From: Mytilus edulis
Taxonomy: Eukaryota
Length of the DNA stretch: 64,000 nucleotides
NCBI RefSeq assembly: GCF_963676685.1
Contig: NC_092349.1
Location: forward strand, 87,482,001-87,546,000
Direction of reading: 5' to 3'
Part shown: positions 1 through 12,016 of the stretch, one piece after another
How positions within the stretch are numbered: the stretch's first letter is position 1
Layout: every line of letters begins with the position of its first letter
Program-made: the position numbers and the translations under genes
The notes under the pieces: model-generated
The model's input: only the letters and a program-made list of their open reading frames with translations
Databases searched by the model: none
Told to the model about the DNA's origin: nothing

Positions 1-249
1 AAAACAAGCTCATGTTAGCTCAATTACATTTTACGGGAAAGTTCCTGTTTATTAAGACAAACATTGTGGTACATTTATATTGTTGGTTATTGCAAGCTAA
101 AACTATGCATTTTCGTGACATCAAGACATTATTAAATGTGATGTAATGGGTAAAAACAAACTCGTTCAAATTTCATTAAAAAGTTAGGCAAACTAAGGCT
201 AGTATCTCACCCGGACCTTTCAAGAATTAATTCAACGTGTATGAATTAA

Positions 250-360
250 ATAATCATAGATATCAGTATTACAATTTGGTACGCCAGACGCGCATTCGTC
301 TATACAAGACTCATAAGTGACGCTCGAATCAATGTTGTTAAAGGCAAAATAAAGTACTGA
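250..360 (-). mobile_element. Retrozyme-like repeat fragment with a degenerate type I hammerhead (281-323)
   Basis: Homologous to 61305-61505. Minus strand reads GCGTCA-CTTATGA-GTCT TGTAT AGAC-GAAT-GCGCG-TC-TGGCGT, with the catalytic core mutated. Confidence 0.75.
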
Positions 361-2758
361 GGTAAATTTCTCATTTATCTTGTTATACAAAACGCTTTAT
401 TTATTTCATTTGTACTGTTCTATGTGACTATGATTTATGTTGAATATCGGCTAAAAAGGAGTAGAATCATGTCTTGGCATCAACGGGACAACTATTTTTT
501 TGCCAAATTATTTTTATTCAAAATCGTGTTATAATAAATAAAAATGTACTCGATGCGATCTATCAGCATTTATGGATGAACCTTTGGAATGATTAACGTT
601 CAAATCCTAAAGTTGAAATAGACCAATTAGGAAAAAAATAGGAACACTATATAATTTAATGGGACTTAAAAAATTGCCAAAACTATTTAAGTATAAACTT
701 GCGCTCTGTAGTTTCAAGTTTGATTGTTTTCATAACAAAATTTCTCTAATTCTTACTCGATTTATCCTTTACCCGATCTGTTGATTATTTTTAATTAATC
801 AACGTGTGGTTTATTTGATCTCAGTTCTTCATTGGTCAAAATTCGATTATGACGTCAAACTTTCTTGCCTTCTTCTAAATTTCCAATTGTGACGGCATGA
901 AAAAAAGGCGACCATGCTTGATGACATCACATAGAAAGAACACATCTTGTTGCAGTTCATTTCAAAAGAAAGAATAAGTTTGCCCGCATATTGTTTAAAA
1001 ATCATTAGAGAAACAGATTCCTTAACTAAATCTTGTGTAATACGATCTTTATCCATTCCCGATAATTAAATTATAAATATTTAAAACGCTCGGTGGGCCT
1101 CGCGTTTTAAATTTGAAAAATTTAACTGTCTCGAGTCGATAAATATCGTATCACACTCGATACAGTGGTAGATTATATGTATCAATTATAAATATAATAA
1201 ATGTTTATAATAAACAATGCATCCGACACGCAGTTTCCAATCCATCCTCACGGAAGATCAGAACCATACGTTTGAGAAACATTATATGGATAACTAGTCT
1301 TGAAGCTCCAGAGGCAAAAGGGGATCGGCAACAATAGAAAGGATGGTCTAACTCATTTTGTGTTATGGGAGGTGCAAAGTTTTTGTGATGGTGTATGGCC
1401 TGGTCCATTCTGATAAATATTTAAAAAAAAAAATGAATAAAAACAATAACGATAATAATGTCCTTTCTTTCAACAGAATAACATATATAGTCCAAAGACT
1501 TGTTGACGTATAAGACTAGATTATTTATACCTGTATTAAATCCATCTTTCAACATACACCACCAAACGTGCTAACATGTGTACAAAATTATTAAGTACGC
1601 AAACTTAAGGTCACTGACCAACTAAATGTAAATTGGTTCGAAACTCCATTCACACTAACCATATCTACACAGTCACATGAATGCATTGAAATAAATTTAA
1701 TATAAAAAAAAAGATAGGTAGGCGATTTTTAATTAATTTCACTCTATTATACAATAATTGTTTTACAGGTTTAAGAAAATTAACACTGTTGTTGGAAAGG
1801 GTATTGCTTTTGACAGTAATTAAAGAGAAGTGTGCGGAGGGAATCCTTTTATGAGTAACGACATTTGCAATACAAAATGTAGCTTTGTTGAATTTCAACG
1901 CATACATAAACCGAATTTTAAAATTAAATCAAACTGAATTTTAGAATGTATCAGTTTCTGTTCACCCTTAACGATCACCTGAGGTACTAATCCGTAGATT
2001 CGTTTTATCTTGGGTCTAGTAACCTGATTAATTGTATTTCCATGTTGTATTTGTTAGACATTTGTGTTGATTCCATTGGTCCATTCATTGCCCTTAAATG
2101 ATACAAACTTTAAAATCGGCCATGAATGACAGTTGTAGAATTTACATTTACCAATTCCCCCTTAACAGGACTGAAACAACAACAGTCAAGGTTTCTGGAT
2201 GGGGAAAGGTGCATTGACAAGTAAATAACCGTAGGTAAAACACATAAAGGGTACCAGGCCTATAGTTTACAAAATATATCTTATAAATGATATTTCATGT
2301 CAAGTGGTGACTACTGGGCTGGTTATACCCTCAATGACGAAACCTACGCAGTTGCATCGACCTAGTGACTGTTAAATACGTGAAATATGGAACGCCAGAT
2401 ACAAATTTACTCCTAAAGACTCACCAACGACTCTAAAATCAAAACAGTGGAAAGGAACCGAAATTCCCATTTATATCATTCTAAAGGAAATTTCTTCTCT
2501 TATTAGTTCTTTTCTTTTCTCTCTATTTTAATCACCTTTATGTAGATCATTTGTACTGCTCGTTTATAAGTCCCCCCAAATTTAACTAACATTCATCTTG
2601 ATATGTCTCGTTGTTGTCTAATGATATTGTTTTGTAGTTCTTGGTCTGGCAATTTATGACATTTATTCTGTCTGGTCCAAAATAGTTTATTATTCCAAAC
2701 CTGTGCTATACAATCCATAGATATTCAACTTATGTTTTATATGAAAAGAGATCAATTC

Positions 2759-2900
2759 GGGTCTTTATATAGTTTTCTATAAGGTAAAGGTTTTGTTCAT
2801 TGTTTAAGGCCGTACTATGACCTAGAGTTGTTATTTCCTGTGGTCTTTGATGGAGAATGGTCTCATTGGCAGTCATACGACATCTTCTTTTTTTTTTATA
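2759..2900 (+). repeat. 5'-truncated 3' fragment of the abundant twister-bearing repeat family
   Basis: Aligns to 59690-59836 and ends in ...CATCTTCTTTTTTTTTTATA. It lacks the ribozyme region. Confidence 0.75.
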
Positions 2901-2975
2901 GATATAAAAAAAATAATCCTTTGAATTTACATATAGACCATAAATTTTAATTTGAAACACATTTATCTGTCTGTA

Positions 2976-3245
2976 TTATCCAGACTTAAACAACAATATT
3001 GCAACTTGTCCCATGTAAAAATAAATAAAATGTTTGGTTTCATGTGTAACATAACTTCCAAAATTCCTTCCAACGACACAATGCCATGTTGGGTTATATT
3101 TCTTGTCAAAATCCTTTTTGATGAATGCGGCAATGTCTTTTTCAATATTGAATTTTTCCAAGGCCTGAGTGGAAGCTTCAACAGCATCTTGTTGCATATC
3201 TTCCGACATGTCAGCATTCTTAATAACAGCTTTCCTTTCACTCAT
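2976..3245 (-). CDS. DYNLL: Dynein light chain LC8 (DYNLL1/2-like), copy 1, 89 aa, intronless CDS
   Basis: [19 protein letters not shown]...[24 protein letters not shown]...FKSG is the LC8 signature. True start is the ATG at 3245, preceded by splice acceptor ttcag|CTGACACC-ATG (exon starts 3253). Confidence 0.97.
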   Translation of the reverse strand: MSERKAVIKNADMSEDMQQDAVEASTQALEKFNIEKDIAAFIKKDFDKKYNPTWHCVVGRNFGSYVTHETKHFIYFYMGQVAILLFKSG

Positions 3246-4236
3246 GGTGTCAGCTGAAGTAAATACAAAACAAGTCCATATCACGTGTATCTCAATCCAA
3301 AAATTTAGCTTTATATCGAAGAATAAATATTGACACCATTGATATCATCTTAAAATCTTTTTCGTATATTTTGATGTATGCAACTAGTAAACAGAACAGT
3401 TCAACCATAATTTAAAAACTATAAATGTCATTTTTCAACAACTATTATAGCAATACATATTTTAAGAGTTGTGAAATTTTAATAAGAACGAGGAATTTGT
3501 CCTATATATTCAAATGCTACATTTAGATAATTTAAACGGAATAATTCTTTCTTTATTTTTATTTTTTAAATCACTATGTGTGAACCATAAAATATGAACT
3601 GAATGTTATATAATATCTCCATTAAAACACATTCACTATTCATGGCTTTTACAAAGTTAATTATATGTTAGAGTAGCATAACCATGTCGCATGACTTAAC
3701 TTTACTGCTTGGAAACGAAATATTGATACTAATTGAATATGTTGAAGCAGAATAAACATTCAGTCTGTTCCTTTAACATATATTTATTTCCTCAACTAAC
3801 ATTGTCGACTAGCTTCGATCCATTCCAAACACTATTTTCCCAATCTTAAAAATATAGATTCTACTACTGTATCGTGTGTGATGCGATATTTTTTTGAGAT
3901 ATTAATTAAAGTCTTTTTGTGTTTACATAAGTCTTTTAGTATATTGATATAAAGTTTAATTGGACATTAATTGGTTCCTAATTGACTTGTCTCAATGATA
4001 TTTTCAGCAAATATTTTAAACATTGATGGACATCCCTTATATAAGAACCTTTATGTTTTACTGGTACACAATGATTTGTGGTATTCCTCAATACCCTATA
4101 TTTAATGTCCGCTTGTGTTAGGAAGATATAACAGTTCTTAAAGGTATATTATCAAATCATGCGAAACAATTGTCATCACTTCGGTTTCTGCGTAATAACA
4201 AATAATAATGATTAAAAAAAGGTTAATAATTTTTTT

Positions 4237-4490
4237 GCGTCCGAAGCACTTTGATTCACCAGGAACACTTAAACCAAAATGAATATAGCAAAGGCTGTAC
4301 CAGTACTTGAATATGGAAAGAGCTATATCACTAAAAGGACATAAAAAAAAATAACTGAATCCATGTCAGGTCAACCTGTCATGAGGGAAAAGGAATCTTC
4401 ATTTACGGAAACACTTAAATCAATCTACTGAGAGTTATTAATCGTGTTAGCACCAAATCACTGACTATTCAACTATTAAAATCCTCGGGC
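4237..4490 (-). mobile_element. Old degenerate retrozyme-like repeat in LC8 copy 1 intron
   Basis: Minus strand GTGTTC-CTGGTGA-...-GTGCTTC-GGACGC is a hammerhead remnant (4237-4268). The body loosely matches 23880-24100 (catgaggga...; agcaccaaatcactgactatt vs agtaccgaagtactggctact). Confidence 0.55.
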
Positions 4491-4710
4491 CTATGATATG
4501 CTTATTATAATAAAGTAGTAGTTGCCCCTAACCTGTGAACATATTTCAAAGGATTGCATAATTGCAAGACATATTGTTACCTAATTGTAAAAATAAATCG
4601 ACAATCAGTGATGACTTAAGGTAGATTTACATTTTAAAATAATGGCCTTTTTCATTTATTTGAACAATACATATACAAAGCATGCAATACACTAATTTTA
4701 CGAGTCCTTA

Positions 4711-5285
4711 CATATTATGAAATATAAAAATTACATTTTATGAATTGTGTGATGATATGCATGAACCAACTGTCGCCTAACAAAGACATACAGTCAGTAG
4801 TTTAACTAACAATACTTTTTTTATGATATTTTATCAATATTTCACCTATAACAGTCTTCTGATGATTTATCATACAATTAGGAATACATCGTATAATTTA
4901 TATTTAAATATTTAAATATATGGAATATTGTCATTATGTCTTACCCGCAAAAGTCCTTCAACATGCACTGTATGTATATGTCTGTAAGTATGGTTAATTA
5001 GTTGCATATTATAAAATATATTTTATGAATTGTGTGATAATATGCATGAACCAACTGTCGCCTAACAAATACATACAGTCATTAGTTTAACTATCAATAC
5101 TTTTTATTTATTATATTTTATCAATATTTCACATATAACAGTATTCTGATGATTTATCATACAATTAGAAATACATCGTATAATTTATATTTAAAAATTT
5201 AAATCTATTGAATATTGTCATTATGTCTTACCCGCAAAAGTCCTTCAACATGCACTGTAAGTATGGTTAATTAGTTGCATATTGA
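4711..5285. repeat. ~287-bp tandem duplication containing the LC8 copy 1 non-coding exon 1 donor twice
   Basis: cttacccgcaaaagtccttcaacatgcactg occurs at 4940 and 5227. The paralogous region (23505-23790) has a single copy. Confidence 0.9.
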
Positions 5286-5381
5286 TTTAATAGCATAATT
5301 TGTCACGGTATTGCATATGCCTATCGTGTGTTTTCACTGGTAGACGAAACGAAAAAAACTTGGATTAGTTTGTCATCCCAG
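5232..5381 (-). promoter_or_regulatory. Putative non-coding exon 1 and proximal promoter of LC8 copy 1
   Basis: Donor GCGG|GTAAG (exon ends 5232). Upstream 23-bp motif CTTGGATTAGTTTGTCATCCCAG (5359-5381) is shared by all four LC8 5' regions. Confidence 0.7.
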
Positions 5382-5629
5382 CATTCATTTTAAACGGATA
5401 TCTATTATTTGCAATTTTAAAACGCTTTGATGTGTGAAAAACATAAAAATTCATAAAATCTATTAAAAGTATTATTAGTTTAAAAGTTATGAAATAAGGT
5501 ACTGTAATAAAACAAAACATGTTGAAGGAAATTATGTTGAAGCATGTAATAAATGAGTAAGAGTTTCGAATATGTAAAATAATTAAAAAAAAAAAATTCT
5601 GGTGTGAAAAAATGTAGGTAATTTGGAAC

Positions 5630-7510
5630 TATGCTGTCAGTCCGATAAACCCGTCGAAAATCGAATATGTTCGCCTCTTCGAACCATAGTTTTTCACTTA
5701 ATACCTCAGACGACAGAAAACTTAAACATTACCCCCTGAATCAACTTTTGCAAATTTTATGAAACGTATGTGACCACATTGCCTTAATTTATTCTACATG
5801 CTTGAGTTTTGATTATGGCTGCCGGAGAGCCACTGACGGTACAACTGAAAGAAATAAGTTCACGAAAGGTTAAAATTGACCCTGAGGTTTTGATGATCAG
5901 GCCAAAATACTACATATTTCACATAGAAATAGCTGTGATATTACTGTTAATACAAAATAAGTTCATTTTGGGACATCACATTAAAAATGACGAAGTATTG
6001 ACTCCTTAAGTGTCCATTATTTGTGTTGTAACGTCAGTTGTGGTAAATTGTTTTTAATAATTCTAAACCGTTTTATAGGGTAATATACATTGGCCGCCCA
6101 TCCATGATCCAGAACGTGTTTATGTCAAGGGATTCAATATCATCATTGGTAAATTTTGATTACAGAATATTTAGGATTTTAACCTGCGGCCAAGAGTTTT
6201 CTCGGGCTTTCAGGTCCGCAAAATGCACAAAATCATCGTATTTTTACAATATATCCCAAATATACTGATTTTGAGGACAAAAATTAACTCTTATTAAGAG
6301 ATTGATTTTAACAAATAAGTTAGGCGTTTGAAATAGATCCATTTAAGAACCAAATTATGGCCGTTTTGAACGTTGATGATAACGTTGAAAATAAAGGCCA
6401 CATTTTGCCTTATGTGAATTTGGTCCTTTGCAGCATGTTATAACTATTTGTGGAAATTGTAAATAATGTGAGATAAACCAGATAACTGGCCACGATTGTT
6501 AACATTACTTAATTTAATGTTATTATATTACAAGACTTGGTATAATTAAGAAATAATGCATGCAAGCCATAGATTTGTTGCAAATTTACACATGGCCTGG
6601 GCAATGATATTCGAATTTAATCCTGATAGCTTTTTTCCTATTCAATTGCATTATTCGCACATTTACGGATTTCAGATAGCCAACATGGCGGCTCCTTAGT
6701 TACAAAATGTCAACAGTGAATTAGACGGTAGCTAACAAGAATAAAAATGTAAATTAAAAATTTCAAATATTAGGTTAGAGAATTAAAAGAATTAAACACA
6801 TTTTATCTAGCAGTTATTTAAGAAATAATTCATGCAAGGTACAGAATTATTTGAATTTTTTAGATTTATCTAACAGGGGGTAAAATAGAACAACCACACA
6901 CACGGCATACCCACCCTTGCTTCAGTTTTTTAAAAACCGTATTAGAGAATTAAAAGAATTAAACACATTTTATCTAGCGGTTATTTAAGAAATAATTCAT
7001 GCAAGCTACAGAATTATTAGAATTTTTAGATTTACCTAACATGGGGTAAAATAGAACAGCCACACACACGGTATACCGACCCTCGCTCCAGTTTTTTAAT
7101 AACCGTATTTGTCCTATTTAAGGCCTTCTTTCAGCTTTGGCGTTTTCATTCGTATGACGTCATGTTTTGCAATGACGTTAATGAGTAAAAAACATTAATG
7201 GAATTTCGCGGCATTTTATTTTATTTTTATTGTGTATATTTATCCGAGCTCTAATGCATAATTTCTTTTTGATATGCATCAGAATAAGAATAAAGGTTCT
7301 GTAGGTTTTTTTTTCAATTTCATTTTTTAACACAGCGAAATCGGCATTGCGTTTGCATATAGGTTACGACACATGTAGATCTATGTTGATGGTATATTTT
7401 AACAGCCATTAGTTTGTACATCTCGGAGTCTGCGCTAAGTATAGATATATCGAGAATTTTATGGTGTTGTTTACAAACCGAAAGAAGCACGTCATATCAG
7501 AACCCTTCAT
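5630..7510. repeat. Unclassified interspersed repeat, probably a decayed DNA transposon, with an internal 167-bp tandem duplication (6775-7105)
   Basis: Its left end (tatgctgtcagtccg...) recurs at 8616, 24444 and 27907. ttagagaattaaaagaatt occurs at 6775 and 6942. Confidence 0.5.
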
Positions 7511-10500
7511 AAAATATACTTAAATGCTGAAATAGTACATTGTTTAATAGATATAGATTCCTAGCTCTGTTCTCAAGGCAAAGGATAGCAATAGTTAAAT
7601 GTATTTACAGTAATATATCGTCGTGCGTTTTCAATCGTCTTTTTTTTATTATAATTGGCCTTCTATAGGGTTTAATATTCTTTAAGAGAGAGGCTAAAGA
7701 TGCCAAAGAGATATTCGAACTAATTAGTCGAAAACAAACTGACAACGCCATGACAAAAAAAGAAATACTACAAAACACAACATAGAAAACTAAAGACTGA
7801 TCAACATATATACCTGTTTGATTTGCTGCTTAATACTTTGTTATACAATAGCCGTTTATAACTTATATACAGTGTTAGATTTGCTTATTGATAAAAGCCG
7901 TACACTAATCTTATTGTTTACCTCCATCGTTCTTATGAGGGATAGTTGTAACATTGACATATATACCATATTTTTATCTTTATAGATACAAACATTGATT
8001 ACATTATCTATAGTTTAATACACCATTAAAAATATTATAATATGCATTTTATTACACTTGTGATCAAGTATATAGTCCATACTTCAATTTTGTCTTTGAA
8101 GGTATCTGGTATTCTAACACATGAAAACATTGAGTTAATCGAGCCCCATTATGAACCGGCATGTGTACACATAAGGTAAACAACTAGGATAATATACCTA
8201 GGGGCAATCAAATACAATAAATCGAGAGGGAGGCAATCACACATCACAATGGAAAATTAAACAAATAAACCGAAAAATAACAGTCCTCAGAACATTAAAA
8301 AGAAAAGACACAAAATTAGTGAATCAATCCCTATTATAAACCGTGATGTGTAAACAGAAGGTCTCGTACTACTATTGACTACACGCATTTATTTGTTATG
8401 CGGTAAATCGGTTTATGCGTATCGTCCTAATTAAGTGAAACCAGTGTGCCATAGGATCTGTATATTGTTCAACTAATTAAAAATAAGTCATTAAAATACA
8501 TGATAATCACTATGTAATTACTAAATAAAATCAGCAAAATGTTGTTTTAACATCATAGTACTTACAAACTAATTAATAAATGACCTATATAAAACAAGTC
8601 AGGGACTTTGGATCTATGCTGTCAGTCCGCGAAACCCGTCGAAAATTGAATGTGTTTGCCCTTGCGAATCATAGTTTTAACTTAATGTCTCAGACGACAA
8701 AACATTTTAACATTTTCCTCTGAATCAACTATTGCAAACTTAAGCAAACGTATGTGGCCACATTGCCATACTTTAGTCTACATGCTTTTGTAATATCTTT
8801 CACTATTTACTGTTGAATACATACTTGCTACTGGTAAAGCAGTATGAAGATTAAAAGATGAAAAACATAAATTTCAGTCAGTTTAAGCCATATTTAATGT
8901 AGGTAAAGACCAAATAAGGTGGTGATGTAAACCATATGTAAATACCACTTACAAGGATATGAACACAGAATCTTCTTTACAAAAAAACCCGCCTCTCCAT
9001 TTAGTAATAGTTCTTAATCTAACGTTGCCCGGCTGTATATGTCTGTAGCTGTTCACTGTATCACTGACGACTGTTCATCTCATTACCTTAACCATGCTTT
9101 TATTCAACGACCAATGACTGTTAATTTGTTGTTTTACTTCTCTTCGCAAGTAAGTTTGAGTTTTAAAAAAATGGTACCAAACATTCTCTATTAAAATTCT
9201 TGTTTTTCTATAATAAATAAATTTGGTGCATTTACTGTCTTCTGATTGGTTAAAAGAATTAGCTTTATTTTCAATGTTATCAATTTGTATGGCGACACGC
9301 CCACTCTAACGTTGTGTATTCATACGCAAACATCTGTGTACGTTGTTATTCGTATTAATATACATCTTTGAGCCTTATTTTTGATAGAAATTTATTTATA
9401 ATGAATGGCAATAATTTATTTTTTTGAATTGATTGAACCATAAAATTAATTTTGACTCTTCACATTTAACATTATCCGCTTCATTTCATTACCACCGTTT
9501 GTTTATTTGTAATTTATTTATCAATTTAACTTTATTTTTTCTATTTTTTATAATGGTACGCCATTAATTTTTATTAAATTAACTGTACAACTGGTTGACC
9601 TCGAAAGAATCTGAAATTTTATTAAATCTTTCTTTTTAGTCGATCCGAACCTAACAATGCATAACCAGTTCTTTTAAACTATTTCGAACCAAAAATGCAT
9701 AATCAATTATTATAAACTATGCAATGAAATCAAATTGTATGTTAAATGTCTGTTCACTGTTTGTCAAAACACAAGTATTCATAAAATTCAATAGAATATC
9801 ACAACTTTTATGATATTGAATATATTTCATATCTTATTATTAAACCACCGATGCTTTTTACTCCGAATAAAATATTTAACTATGTATTACAATATAAAAA
9901 AGCTTATGTAAGTTAAGTCTTGATTTTCAGTTCTATTTTCATCAATAATTTATTATCAAATAGCACCGATAGAATGTCATAAGCTTTGCCATTTAAATCA
10001 AGTACCAATGGAAATAAAACACTATATTGACCATGGATTGGTAATATTTTCTGGTCAGTTCAGTGTACCAATAAAGCATTAAAAAGAGGGTGATGTTATC
10101 CCGTGTGCTCAAAGAAGAAAAGAACAGATACAATAAAATTTACAAAAACAGTACCAAAATACTATATGCTTGATTCATATTATCTGGTATATTAAGTGAC
10201 ATCGGCCACTTTTTGTCATTTGAAATTACAGATAACTAATGTATTTCTTTTAAAATACATATTGTATTTACCTTTGCCATTAGTAATAGATACATTTTAT
10301 AATCAATATTTTCCTCGGATGGATGACTTTTTCCCCTATGTAATCGCCATCAATATGAAATAAGTATGAAATTATGTTCATCCATATCAAAACTGTTATG
10401 TGTGACGACATACAAGGAATGTATTTACATCATTATAAACAGTTTATTCATCTGTGACGGATTTCAATAGCAGTAACTATGTATGCAATTATATTTTATA

Positions 10501-11269
10501 TACTATTTAGATCGTTTATTCAGGATGTGGGTTTGAAAGACAAATTACATTGTGATATTTGCCTTAGTTTCTACTGGTAAAGGTGAAATCATGATTTTGC
10601 TGGCAATAACAGAAATTTTAAAAACGAATAATTTCAATATGCGAAAAAAATACAGAGAGAAATTTTGGAAACGAAAATAAAATGTGTAACGTTTGATATA
10701 ATCGTCATCGCAAGCACTGCCAAAATGTACATGGAATCTCAAAACACGAACACACAATATCGCTTTTTCAAAATCTGTTCAGAAATATATCTGTGGTACT
10801 CCTTTGTTTTAATTTAATCTATTCCACTAAATCTGGTCTGTTTTTTTTCGAAACCTTATTGTTAATAAATATTACCAATAAAATATAAAGGGTGTTTATA
10901 TATACAAGTTTCTATGTACTTTGAATAACCGAAGATTAATTGGTCACATACTTACATATAATATATATTTTCTAAGTACTACTGTTAGTATGTATTTGTT
11001 TATGTGTGCTGAGTTCTACTATGTTTTTTAAAAGTTGTTAAGTTATGATTAATACCTTGTTAATGTAATGTATATAGAACTTTAATAAGCTGTGCGTATT
11101 GCTCAATCATTTTCATATCTTAATTGATAAAATATGTCTAAAATCAAAAACATCCATAACCCAAAAACTGTTCAGGAAAGGTATTGCCGATTAAACTACA
11201 GAACATACAGTGTTTGTTTACTTGTAACTCATTTTTATGTGTTCTGAATCTGAACATAAAATAAAATCA

Positions 11270-11600
11270 TTACCCCGAAATTTTACGCACGCCATCACGA
11301 GTCGGATGGTCGGTATGGAATATATGTTTCACAGATGACGACGGATATGTTCCATTTGTGTTAACTACAATCCCGTCCCCTTTCTCCCGAAAAAGACTTA
11401 TCACTAAGTTGATACTTACATGAGCAATACAACGGATGCCACCAGAATCAGCTTACCCTTCTGGAACACCTGAGATTACCCCCAATTTCTGGAGGCGTTC
11501 GTGTTGCATGCTCAGTATTAAGTTTTCTTGGTTGTGTTTTGTCCACTTTTGTATGTGTCTTTTGGTCTTTTTCTTTTTTAGCAATTGGCCTTCGCCTATG
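11270..11600 (+). mobile_element. Old Penelope-like element 3' fragment (also at ~35120-35430)
   Basis: Diverged match to 12710-13010. Present in both duplication copies. Confidence 0.7.
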
Positions 11601-12016
11601 AATTCTGTGTTGTTTATTTTTTGGTCATGCCTCTATTTAGTATATAGAAATACCATGTAATGATTGTATAATAACCAGATGTGATTAAATGTTGGACAAG
11701 AGATATCAACTAATTTGTTATTGTATCATTAAATCACAAGTAAACATACCTGAGATAAAGTAAACGCAAACTGCGTTTGTGATTGTCACATTTACACGAG
11801 TAAGGATTAAAACAGTTTTTTTTAAGTACTAAGCCTTTCATCATTTTATCTCGCTCAGAGGAATGTAAAGTGTAAAGGGGAGTTGTACAACAAAACTCGC
11901 TCAGAATGCGGAGGAAAACATTTAGGTTCAAGACTTTATTATCTGATGATGACATTATGCCATAAAACAATGTTATATACGGTATATTGTCTGGTGAACT
12001 TCTAGGTAGATTGTAT

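Noticed and set aside
1205-1412. GC-richer minus-strand block after a pyrimidine tract and AG (possible exon)
   Set aside because: No recognisable protein in any frame and no partner exons.
2169-2208. VSGWG (trypsin-like) peptide in a possible micro-exon
   Set aside because: Followed immediately by a stop, with no other protease motifs nearby; likely chance.
2952-3257. Antisense and alternate-frame ORFs over LC8 copies (also 2963-3241, 13724-13918, 13894-14154)
   Set aside because: Shadow frames of the real CDS.
3246-3284. N-terminal extension [13 protein letters not shown] in the 102-aa ORF call
   Set aside because: It crosses the splice acceptor at 3254-3255; LC8 starts at the ATG at 3245.
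11734-12016. Minus-strand frame open in both duplicates (11734-12096 and 35644-35868), plus a Cys/Trp-rich block at 13240-13385
   Set aside because: The start lies within the Penelope insertion in copy A, many differences are non-synonymous, the stops differ, and no domain was recognised.
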